Made by a program: the position numbers and the translations under genes. DNA of 44,481 nt from the NCBI RefSeq assembly GCF_004010195.1, contig NC_057749.1:17971069-18015549 (forward strand). The letters are read 5' to 3'. This DNA is from Chiloscyllium plagiosum. Its lineage: Eukaryota. Position 1 is the first letter of the stretch. Each line of letters starts with the position of its first letter. Positions 12,311-23,976 of this stretch are shown here, piece by piece. Below the pieces are notes generated by a model that was not told the DNA's origin, made no database searches, and saw only the letters and a list, made by a program, of their open reading frames with translations.

Positions 12311-12964
12311 CTTCAATATGGTGTGCAGGATTGTCCAGGAGGTTCGATATCCCCGATTCCCTGGCACTGTCCTGTATCTGAGACAATGTGATTGTGTCTT
12401 TGTCCTGTGGTTCTGACAGCTCACAGCTCACAGCTTCCTGTCTGGGAGCCACACCATCCACATCTGTCTCTCCCCCACCCTCCTCAGCCCACCGGCCTGG
12501 CACTCCCTCTTTACCCAGAGCTGGGTTTGAAGTCCCCAACCTGACGTCCAGTGGATGGTTTTGGAGCATTTAGCCTTTGTGTGTTACCCCTTCACGGGGA
12601 CTTTGGAAATGTTTTAATCACTTCTGTCTGTCTCACAGGTGATCTGGGTTTCTGAGCAACTCTCTGGTGTGGAATATTCACCATTTGTCTGTCCATTTGG
12701 TCCCTGATAGACCTAATCTTATCAACTGGGCTTCACATAGACAAGGAGAGAGATAGGGGACATTTGTTACAAATCATTTTACATCCCCAGACACCTCTCT
12801 CTCTGTCTGTCTGTTTCTCTCTCTCTCTGTGTCTCCCATTCCCTCTGTGTTTTATTAAAAATGACTTTTCCCAGAACCAATGGCCTGCCCGTCTCAGACT
12901 GAGAGCTCAGGAAGGTGATAGGATCACAACGTCCACATTCCTGAGAGATTCCTTCAACACCCTG

Positions 12965-13618
12965 ACCCCCATCCCTGCAACACCCCAACACTCCAACCCC
13001 ACACACACCCATCACCCCAACCCCACANNNNNNNNNNNNNNNNNNNNNNNNNNNNNNNNNNNNNNNNNNNNNNNNNNNNNNNNNNNNNNNNNNNNNNNNN
13101 NNNNNNNNNNNNNNNNNNNNNNNNNNNNNNNNNNNNNNNNNNNNNNNNNNNNNNNNNNNNNNNNNNNNNNNNNNNNNNNNNNNNNNNNNNNNNNNNNNNN
13201 NNNNNNNNNNNNNNNNNNNNNNNNNNNNNNNNNNNNNNNNNNNNNNNNNNNNNNNNNNNNNNNNNNNNNNNNNNNNNNNNNNNNNNNNNNNNNNNNNNNN
13301 NNNNNNNNNNNNNNNNNNNNNNNNNNNNNNNNNNNNNNNNNNNNNNNNNNNNNNNNNNNNNNNNNNNNNNNNNNNNNNNNNNNNNNNNNNNNNNNNNNNN
13401 NNNNNNNNNNNNNNNNNNNNNNNNNNNNNNNNNNNNNNNNNNNNNNNNNNNNNNNNNNNNNNNNNNNNNNNNNNNNNNNNNNNNNNNNNNNNNNNNNNNN
13501 NNNNNNNNNNNNNNNNNNNNNNNNAATCACCCCGACACACCCCCCCACACACCCATCACCCACTCCCCCCACACACCCATCATCACTCATCCCCACACAC
13601 CCCCACACACACCCATCA
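12965..13618. repeat. C-rich (CACC/CATC) simple repeat flanking a gap
   Basis: Seen directly on both sides of the N run. Confidence 0.85.
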
Positions 13619-14789
13619 TGAGTGGGCAATATTCCAGGTGAGGCATCAGGCAGCAGAGTTGTGCTCAGGGCCTGTTCTCAGCATGAGCATGAGGTAGAGG
13701 GCTGTGTCTGTGGACACAGACTGGGAGGACCGTCACTGGGCTACCAGAGGTTTATTAACCCTCAGCCAAGGCCAATGCCAGTTCCTGTGGAAGCTGGAGA
13801 TCTGAAACAAAACAGAGACAGTACTGGAGAAACTGAGCAAGACTGGCAGCGGCTGCAGAGAGAGAGAAACAGAGTTAGAATCCAGTAACCCTTCGTCCAA
13901 ACTCCATGTGAACAAACTGGGCCTTTGGAATCCAAAAGCACCAGGGTTCTACTCCCAAACCATGGAAAGCTAAAATAACCAAAGGCCCTGTCTGAGGTCA
14001 GCCTACCCAGCACCCACTGCAGGTGACAGCTCTTTCTCATCATTCCCAAGGCAGTTGGTTAAACTGAAGTAAGCTCTTATGAAATTTCGTTGATTGGTGG
14101 AGGTGTTTGTGGGAACACTGTTGTCTTGACAGAGCAGCCATTATCTCCTGTCATGTATCACACGGACGTCCATCACTCCCCATTGGCACTAACTCCATCA
14201 AATAAAGTCTTCTTGGACACCTCGTTAGAATTAGTGTAGTCATGAGCTTGCTTTACAAGAGGAAAGAATAGCAAATTACCATGCTGCCTAGACTCAGTGC
14301 TGTCCATTAATCGATGTTATGACCTGTCAGACTTCCAGGCTGAGCAGCAATGACTCAAACCAACACACCCCAGGTGTTGGATGTGTCAATATCAGCGATT
14401 CCGCATTAAAATCATCGGCAGTAGCTATTTATCTTTAGGCTAAAGCTGTGGAGAATGAGCTGTTACTAATCACTGATCATTTGCAGAAGATTGAGCAGAA
14501 AGCTTTCACTGGCACAGTTGTAAAGCAGCAGGACTTAAAGAGTGGTTGGCACATTTTCACAGGCTTCGCTTATCCCTGGGACATTCAGAGTTGTCATTCC
14601 GAGTGAAGTGCAGGCATTGGCAGTGAGTATGAAGTGACGACTTTGAAGTTGATGCATAAACAAGGAGACTGTGTGGTGTACAGTTATGTTCTGACTGTGT
14701 GCAGTCTGCTCAAACTGGGCTCCAGGCAAGACAGCACTCAGGCTGTGTCACCCTCACAGACTGAGCTGTAAAGACAGAATTTCTGATGT

Positions 14790-15880
14790 TTAGTTTTTTT
14801 TATTCATAGGATGTGGATGTCACTGGCTGGGCCAGCATTTATTGCCTGTCCCTAGTTGCTCTTGACTGTCTTCTTGTACCACTGCAGACCCTGTTCTGAA
14901 GGTAGTCCATGCTGTTAGAGAGGGAGTTCCAGGGTTTTGACCCAGTGACAGTGAACGAACAGCGATATATTTCCAAGTCAGGATGGGGAGGGGCTTGGAG
15001 GGGACCTTGCAGGGGGTGATGTTCCCATGTACCTGCTGCCCTTGTCCATGAGGCAGTAGATGTTGCAGGTTTGGAGGGTGCTGTTGGAGGAGCCAACAGT
15101 GCATCTTGTGACGGTACACGCTGCTGTGACTGAATACCAATCGTGAAGGGAGTGAATGTTGAAGGTGCTGGATGTGGTACCAATCAAGCGGCTGCTTTGT
15201 CCTGGATGGTGTCGAACTTCTTGAGTGTTGTTGGAGCTGCCCCCATCCAGAATCACATTCCTGACTTGTGCCTTGGAGATTTGCGGACAGGCTTTGAGGT
15301 GTCAGGAGATGAGTTACTTGCTGCAGGATTCCTAGTCTCTGACCTGTTCTTGTAGCTGTTGTGTTTATGTGGTGAGTCCAGTTAAGTTTCTGGTCAACAG
15401 TTACTCCTGGGTGTTGCTAATGCCTGGGAGGGGGTTCAGTGATGGCAAAACCATTGAATGCCAAAGGACAAAGGTTAGATTCTCTTTTGAAGAAGATGGT
15501 CATAGCCTGGCATTTGTGTTGTGAATGTTACTTGTCCAGATCTTGCTGCATTTGGACACGGGCTGCTTCAGTATCTGAGGAGTGGTGAACAGTGCTGACC
15601 ATTGTGTAATCATCAGTGAACATCCCCACTTCTGACCTTATAATGGAAGGAAGGTCATTGTTGAAACAACTGAAGATGGTTGGGCCTAGGACACTCTCCT
15701 GAGGAACTCCTGCAGAGGTGTCCTGGAGCTGAGGTGACTGACCCTCCAACAACCACCACCATCTTCCTCTGTCTGTGTCAGGTCTGACTCCTCCCAGCAG
15801 AGAGTTTTCCCACTGATTCCCATCGATTCCAGTTTTGCGAGGACTCCCTGATGTCAAGGGCAGTCACTCATCTTAACCTC
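14790..15880 (-). mobile_element. CR1/L2-group LINE (second family) 3' portion
   Basis: SAGVPQESVLGPTIFSCFNNDLPSIIRSEVGMFTDDYT; GSKPWNSL; A-rich tail. Homologous to 1075-2690. Confidence 0.9.
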
Positions 15881-16261
15881 CATCACAGTCACTGTAACGC
15901 TGTAAGCAGTATGGGAGACAGCTTTACACAGCAAGATCCCATGGACAATAATGGGATAATGACCAATCATTTGTTTTTGAAAAATAAAAAAAATAGCTAT
16001 TGACTCAGGACCCAGGTTGGGAGTGCCAATGGGTGGAGAGCATCTTGCATTTTATTTAGATCATGTCATATTTTTTTCCAATGGCAAAACATTGCATTTC
16101 TGTCGTGTCTTTAATACAGTAAGATACCCCAATATGCCTCACAGGGTCATTATCAAACATATTCTGACACTTTGCAATAAAAGGAGAAATTGGCTGTGAT
16201 GACCCAAGCCATAGGCAACCATGATGGTTCGACACAGTATCCGAAAAGCGGGATAGAGAGG

Positions 16262-18255
16262 TCAGAGAGTCATACAGCATGGAAACAGATCCCTTGATCC
16301 CCAGTCCACATTGACCATAATCCCAAATTAAACTATTCCACCTGCTTATTCCTGGACGCTATCCTTCCAAACCTTTCCCATTCATGCACATACCCACATG
16401 TTTTGTAAATGTTGCAGATGCCCCTGCATCCACCACTTCCTCTGGCAGTTCATTCCACGTATGAAACCACTCCCTGTGTTAAAAACATTGCCCCTCATGT
16501 CTGTTTCAAATCGTCCTCCGCTCATCTTACAAAAGGTGTCCTCTAGTTATAAACTACCCAACTCGGGGGGTGGGGGGGGGGGGGGGGAAAGACCTTTACC
16601 ATTCACTTTATCTTTGCCCCTTATGATTTTATAAACCTCAATAAGGTCACCCCTCAGCCTCCTACACTCCAGTGAAAGGTTTCCAATCTTTCCAGTTTAT
16701 TTTTATAACTTAAACCCTCCATTCCTGGCAACATCCTGGGAAACCCTCTCCAGTTTAATAATATCCTTTCTATAATAGTGACACCAGAACGGTTCCAGAA
16801 GAGGCCTCACCAATGCCTTGTCAACATAACGCCAATGCCTATGTTCAAAGGTCTGAGCAATAGAGACAAACTTGCTGAGCACCTCCTTAACTACTCTGTC
16901 TACATGTGACACACATTTCAAAGAATTATGTAGCTGAACTCCTAGATCTACAACACTACCCAGGCCCCTACCTTTAATTGTATAAGCCCCACTGTTGGTT
17001 GTTGTACCAAAATGCAATACCTCACATTTATCCAAATTAAACTCCATCTTCCATTCCTCAGCCCGTTGACCCAATTGATCAAGATCCCATTGTAACCTTA
17101 GATAGCTTTCTTCACTGTCCACTACACCACCGATATTGGTGTCGTTCCCAAACTTACTAACCACGCCTCCTAAATTCTCATCCAAATCATTTATATAAAT
17201 GACAAACAAAAGTGGACCAAGTACCGATTCCTGTGGTCACTGGCCTCCAGTCTGAAAAATAACCCTTCACCATCATTCTCTGTCTCCTGCTGTTAAACCA
17301 ATTCTGTATCCAATTAACAAGCTCACCCAGAATCCCACGTGACCCAACTTTTTTGATTAGTCTACCGTGCAGCACCTAGTCACAGCCCAAGTTACAATGT
17401 CCACCACTGATCTTAACAATCTTTTTGGTTACTTTCTCAAAAATCTCATTCAGGTTTGTGAGACATGATCTCCCTCGTACAAAGCCATACTGACTATCCC
17501 TAATTAGTTCTTGCCTCTCCAAATGAATGTAAATGCTATCTTTCAGAATCACCTCCAACACCATACCCACCGTTGAATTCTGACCCATAGCTCTACAGTT
17601 CCCAGGTTTCTCCTTCCAGCCTTTCTTAAATAAATGCACCACATTAAGCACCCTCCAGTTCTCCGGTCTTTCACCCTTGTTTATAGATGGTACACATATT
17701 TCTGCAAGGGGCCCGACAATGTCCTCCCACAACATCCTGGGATACACTAGATCAGGTCCCAGAGATTTATTCACCTTTATATTTTCTAAAACCTTCAATA
17801 ATTCCTCTTCTGTAATGTGAATTGTTTTCAAAACATGGATATTTATTTCCCAGGGTTCTCTAGCCTCCATTTCTTTCTCCACAGTAAAAACTGATGCAAA
17901 ATATTCATTTAATATCTCTCCCATCACCTGAGGTTCAAGGCAAAGACAACCTCTTTGATCTTTAAGGGGTCCTACTCTCTCTCTTGGTCTCTTGCTCTGA
18001 ATGTACTTGTAGAATTTCTTTGGATTATCCTTAACATTATTTGCCAAGACTATCTTGTATCCCCTCTTTACCCTCCTGATCCCCCTTTTAAAAGTGCCCC
18101 TTACACTCTTTATTCTCTTCAAGAGATTCATTTGAACCCAGTTGTCTGTGTCCTATGTGTGATTCTTTTTTATTCTTCACTAGAACCTAAATAACTTTAT
18201 TCAGCCAAGATTTAGAGAATGCTCTCTAATCCCACCTTTCACTCTAACAGGAACA
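16262..18255 (-). mobile_element. CR1 LINE, ~2 kb 5'-truncated, frameshifted ORF2
   Basis: NPKKFYKYI, KSLGPD, PGNCR, QYGFVRGRSCLTNL, FVIYINDLD, SKFGNDT; tail agagtcatacagcatggaaacag. Confidence 0.95.
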
Positions 18256-19935
18256 AAGTAAGTGAAAACTCAATACAGAGCTGAAATGTAACAAGGTCGG
18301 CCCTTGGTTGTCAGGGTGTGAGGATCGTTGATGAGTCCAACGTCCTTGGACAGTCATTGCCTTATCCCATTGTCTGAGTGTGATGGATTGTGCTATCGAT
18401 GACCATGTTTGTGAACCCCCTTGTCTGGAGAGCCTGATAGACTATGAGCGTCATGGAGAGTCAGTGTGATCCTGTCGATGTTGGAGGATGGTTGGATGAA
18501 GTTCAGGAATGAGCAAAATCGAAGAACATGCAGCAGCCAAGGGGATAGTCCAGTCTGCAATTTCTCAGGGGCAATGGCTTCATGAATACCTGTCACTTGC
18601 TGTGTGTCCATCACTGGAGAGGGATGTGCCCCAAAGCAGGATGGGTCATGCTGCCTAGGACAGTGAGAATTTGAAAGGGTTAATTTACATTGTGAGATTA
18701 GCTCTGGCAGTAGGGTTGATAAATAAGTGATTGCAGGAGGAACTAATCCATTCTGTGCACTACTCCTCACTCCCTATCGTATGTGTGCCACCTGGTCCTG
18801 GTGGAAGTCTGGTTCAAGTACAGGAATGTGAAGCTGATCTGAAATCTCACCTGAAGTCTTACCATGGATTCTCACCTGATTCAGACATTCTGTAACTAGC
18901 TCTTAAGTAAGACGTAATAAAGCGATTCTGTTTGTGTGGCTTGAGCCGGGTTTCTGTCTCGGACACTGTGTGGGATGGCCTCCTCCAGTTTTGAGGATTA
19001 ATATTGAGGGGAAGGATTAGTGATAGAGCAGAGACCCAGGGTATCTCAGCTGCTTCAGGTATTCACTCCATCAGAAAACTCAATGCCCCAGGAACGAAAG
19101 GTTATCCAAGAGGTAAACCTGACTGAGAATAGACAAAATGTTGTGGCTGTGTTCATTTTCATGGGCATTGTCAGTCATTCTGAATGGTTTATTATTTACA
19201 GTGAATCATACAGTAAAATACAGTGACAGTATTCAACTATTACCACAATCTGATGCTATTTTGGATAGTTTAAGGGTAAAAAGAACAGAGAGATAGACCT
19301 GAAAGATAGACCATCTTTGTTCCATGAACTTCACTGTACGTTCTGAGTCCCGGAGCAATCTCACCAATGACACCAGTACCATCCCCTCCTCCACCAGCTC
19401 ACTGCCATCTGTGCCAAACTCATCATTGTCGGAGTCATCACTCTTCAGGTGCCATCTCTTTGCCGCTGGCCCGACCTCACTGACAGGCAGCTGACGCTGG
19501 CTTCTGTGCGAAACGCTCACTCGCCCCACAGCCAGGAGACCCCTGCCACCCCCCACCTTTACCCCGGCTGGTAGAATCAGTTCAGAGAGGGGTCCAGTCC
19601 GCACTCTCCACTGGTCAAGAACCAGCCAGTAAGTGGAGATGTGACGGTGGACATTTTCTGTGGCCAATGGGCTGTGTCTGGTGATGGTGGCGTGTGTAGA
19701 AACCTCCAGAAATAACCCGAGCCAGAATTGGCAACCCCAGGGGGAATATAATCTGCGTCACTCTGCAGAGATGGTGGGGGTGGGGAAAGGGGGTAGGTGG
19801 ATGGGGCATGTGGTAGTGAGTGTGTCTTACGCATTAGATGGAGAAAGGTGCACGGTGACAGGATCACTACCACGTCAGAAAATTTACCTTTAAGAAGCTG
19901 GTACGTAATGCAACCCCTTGGGCCCGGTACTCTGT

Positions 19936-19949
19936 GTTGCCATGGAAAC
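19936..19949. promoter_or_regulatory. RFX X-box GTTGCCATGGAAAC
   Basis: Exact match to the GTTNCCATGGNAAC consensus in non-repetitive sequence. Function not shown. Confidence 0.5.
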
Positions 19950-20322
19950 CATTGCTACCAATTTGATTGTCAGATCCCTGCAGATCTGACATCATTGGCA
20001 GAGCAGAGCAAGCTGCCCATTCTTGCACAGACACAATCACAACACTGCTCAGAGTGAACAGGGAGGAGTAAACCGAGAGCCGATCCCACACTGAGGATAC
20101 AGGCTCGGGCTGACAGACACACAGACAGACTCCAAATGCTCCATGGCCCTTCCTGAAAATCAAACAGCTCAGAGAATGGACCATTCCACCCAGACAAGAG
20201 AGACTGTTGATTTCTCTGACAATTGACAGACATTAGAGAGACACCAGCAGACCCCGACCTGTAACCCAGTGGTAGAGAAATTGCAATGCACCATCATTGG
20301 ACCAGTGTGAATTGGCATTGGG

Positions 20323-20890
20323 TGGGACTGTCCCCTTGTGAGAGTCAGTGTGTGTGTGGGACTGTACCCCAGTGAGGGACAGTGTGTGTGTGGGACTGTA
20401 CCCCAGTGAGAGTCAGTGTGTGGGACTGTACCCCAGTGAGAGTCAGTGTGTGTGTGGGACTGTACCCCAGTGACTGTCAGTGTGTGTGTGGGACTGTCCC
20501 CCAGTGAGGGACAGTGTGTGTGTGGGACAGTACCCCAGTGAATGTCAGTGTGTTTGTGGGACTGTCCCCCAGTGAGGGTCAGTGTGTGTGTGGGACTGTA
20601 CCCCAGTGAGAGTCAGTGTGTGTGGGACTGTACCTCAGTGAGAGTCAGTGTGCGGGGGACTGTACCCCAGTGAGTGAGTGTGTGTGTGGGTGTGTACACC
20701 ACTGGCAGTCAGTGTGTGTGGGAGTGTACCCCAGTGAATGTCAGTGTGTGTGTGGGACTGTACCCCAGTGAGAGTCATTGTGTGTGGGAGTCAACCCCAC
20801 TGAGAGTCAGTGTGTGTGTGGGACTATACACCAGTGAATGTCAGTGTGTGTGGGACTGTCCCCCAGTGAGGGTCAGTGTGTGCGTGGGAC
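20323..20890. repeat. ~32-34 bp minisatellite (GGGACTGTACCCCAGTGAGAGTCAGTGTGTGT), runs into a gap
   Basis: Tandem copies seen directly; same unit as 36958-41062. Confidence 0.95.
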
Positions 20891-22267
20891 NNNNNNNNNN
20901 NNNNNNNNNNNNNNNNNNNNNNNNNNNNNNNNNNNNNNNNNNNNNNNNNNNNNNNNNNNNNNNNNNNNNNNNNNNNNNNNNNNNNNNNNNNNNNNNNNNN
21001 NNNNNNNNNNNNNNNNNNNNNNNNNNNNNNNNNNNNNNNNNNNNNNNNNNNNNNNNNNNNNNNNNNNNNNNNNNNNNNNNNNNNNNNNNNNNNNNNNNNN
21101 NNNNNNNNNNNNNNNNNNNNNNNNNNNNNNNNNNNNNNNNNNNNNNNNNNNNNNNNNNNNNNNNNNNNNNNNNNNNNNNNNNNNNNNNNNNNNNNNNNNN
21201 NNNNNNNNNNNNNNNNNNNNNNNNNNNNNNNNNNNNNNNNNNNNNNNNNNNNNNNNNNNNNNNNNNNNNNNNNNNNNNNNNNNNNNNNNNNNNNNNNNNN
21301 NNNNNNNNNNNNNNNNNNNNNNNNNNNNNNNNNNNNNNNNNNNNNNNNNNNNNNNNNNNNNNNNNNNNNNNNNNNNNNNNNNNNNNNNNNGTGGGTAATT
21401 TAGCATTCACCCTAACCTACACATCTTGCTTCATTGCTCCCTATAATCTCCATCTCACGTTGTTTGAGTAGCCTGTTCATTGCCCTGAGGAGACTCCATT
21501 AATCTGAACAAGAGGAATTAATGTAGTGCTGCTGATACTGTTTGATGTGTAAACCCATTGAGCAGTTTCCCACATCCCCCTCTCCCCACCCCCCCACAAT
21601 CCCCTGGTGACCCGTCCCTTCAGGCCCAAACTGGGATACAGAAGATAAACAAATTAAAAATCACTCAAACATTTCGGTTGTGATCTTATTTAAATTAGAT
21701 TTTCCTAATCCATTCAGAAACAGTGTTGAATGTACCATGGAGAAGCCAAATCATTTTACACATTTCAGACTATGATGCGATTAAGACTCCATTACGCTAC
21801 ACTTTAATGGGAGTCTGCAACACATATGAAGAGATTACCTTCTCAACAGATGCAGCTTTTGCTGAGGTGCCTGTGATACTCGCGGCTTGCTTCAGTGGGA
21901 TATCATGAACAAGGCAGCACAGAAACACAGTCGATTTAAGTTCCACCTTTCGATTAACGTATCTGTTTAAAAAGCTGGAGTGTTGTAACTGGTCAATGTT
22001 TTGTGGAGAGAGCAGTCAGTCCTGTTTCCATCCAGACTGAGTCTGAAGCTAAACTGAACAAAACAATCTCCACCCTGGCAGAAACTTCTTGTGATCAGCT
22101 AAAGTTAAACTCTAACCATCCTGATAGCCACATGATACACTAGTAATGAAGTTATTAATTCAATCTAAATCCATTACAGATAGTACAGGAAACACCCTGG
22201 AGAGCTTAACTCCAAAACCACCCTGTCTCTACTCGGAATCTTCAATCACGATAAACTATGGTTTGCA

Positions 22268-23505
22268 CAGTCATCGAGTCACACAGCACAAAAACAGGGC
22301 CTTCGGCCCATCCTGTCCATGCTGTACATCATCCCAAACCAAACTGGTCCCACCTGCCCACCCTTGGCCCATATCCTTCCAAACATTTCTTATTCACACA
22401 CTCATCCGAGTCTCTGTTAAATGTTGTAATTGTACCTGCATTCACCACATCCTCTGAAAGTGCATTCCACCCACGAACCACCCTCTGTCTAAAAACAGTG
22501 CCCCTCATGTCCTTTTTAAATCTTTTTCCTCTCACCTTAAAATATGCCCCCTAGTCTTGAAATCCCCCACCCCAGGGAAAAGACACCTGCCATTCACCTT
22601 GTGTCTGCCCTCAGGATTTTATAAACCTCTCAAAGGTCACCTCTCAACCTCCTACACTCCAGTGATAAAAGTCTCGGCCTTTTTTTATAACTCAAACTTT
22701 CCATTCCCGGCAACACTTTGATAACTCTCTTCTGAATAATCTTCAGCTTAATAATATCCTTCCAATAAGAGGATGACCAGAACTGGACACAGTATTCCAG
22801 GACAGACCTCACCAACATCCTGTACAACCTCAACATAACGTCCCAACCCCTACACTCAAAGGTCTGAGCAGTGAAGGCAAACGTGCTAAACACCTTCTTA
22901 ACCACTCTGTCTACATGTGATGGAGTCCTCACTTTCTCCTAGTTGATTATAACCTTTATCTCTATGTGGTGCAAACTTCAAAGAGCTATGTACCTGCACT
23001 CCTAGGTCTCCCAGTTCGACAACTTTACCCATTCATGGTATAAGCCCTGCCCTTGCTTGTTTTACCAAAATGTAATACCTTGCATTTATCCAAATTAAAA
23101 TCTATCTGTCACTCCTCAGTCCATTGATCCAATTGATCAAAGATCTCTTTGTAACATTAGATAACCTCCTTCATTGTCCACTATACCACCAATTTTAGTG
23201 TCATTTGCAAACTTACTAACCATTCCTCCCAGATTCTCAGCCAAATCATTTCTATAAATACCAAACAATAAGGGGCCCAATACGGATCCCTGTGGAGCAC
23301 CGCTGGTTACAGGCCTCCAGTCTGAAAGACAACCCTCCACCATCACTCTCTGTCTCCTGCCATGTAGCCAATTTTGTATCCAATTGGCAAGCTCTCCCTG
23401 AAACCCGTGTGATTGAACTTTACTAATTAGTCTAACCATGAGGAACTTTGTTAAAGATTTTACTAAAGTCCAAATAAACAATGTTCACCGCTCCGCCCTC
23501 AATCT
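22268..23505 (-). mobile_element. CR1 LINE host copy, 3' segment
   Basis: [45 protein letters not shown]. It breaks at the L1 3' end. Confidence 0.95.
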
Positions 23506-23976
23506 TTTTATTGTAAATATTTTTATTGAGAAAAAATATTTTGAAATTTTTACAAAGTTATAAAATTACTACAAAATAGTATAAAATGTTAATACTATTT
23601 TGTAGTAATTTTATAATATTGTAAAAAAATCAAATTATAATATAACAACGCTAAACTAACTACTACTCTACTCCACAAACAGTTCAAAAGAAAAGAAAAA
23701 AGACAAAGAAAAAAAGAAAAACCCCTACCCATACTACAATGAATAAATTAAACTTTTAAAATACTAAATTATATTGAATTGGACCATGACAAATTAAACT
23801 AAGTTACAACACTCAGCGCAGTCGTACCAGAGCTCCCCATCACTGAGAGCGTCAGTTGGCATTCCAGTATTTATTCTGAATTCTTCCTGTCAAGGGCCCC
23901 TGTGCTGCTATACACAGCCCTCATGGCTATATAAAGGCCCTGACCAATATAGCCAACAAGTCTGCGTCTATATAGT

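Noticed and set aside
17376..18131. 251-aa ORF
   Set aside because: CR1 ORF2 fragment flanked by frameshifts; not a host gene or an active element.
18393..18770. 125-aa minus-strand ORF in unique sequence
   Set aside because: No recognisable domain and no convincing splice boundaries.
19233..19667. 144-aa minus-strand ORF with an acidic patch (SDDSDNDEF)
   Set aside because: Not recognised, non-ATG start, weak splice signals. A blastp/tblastn hit would be needed.
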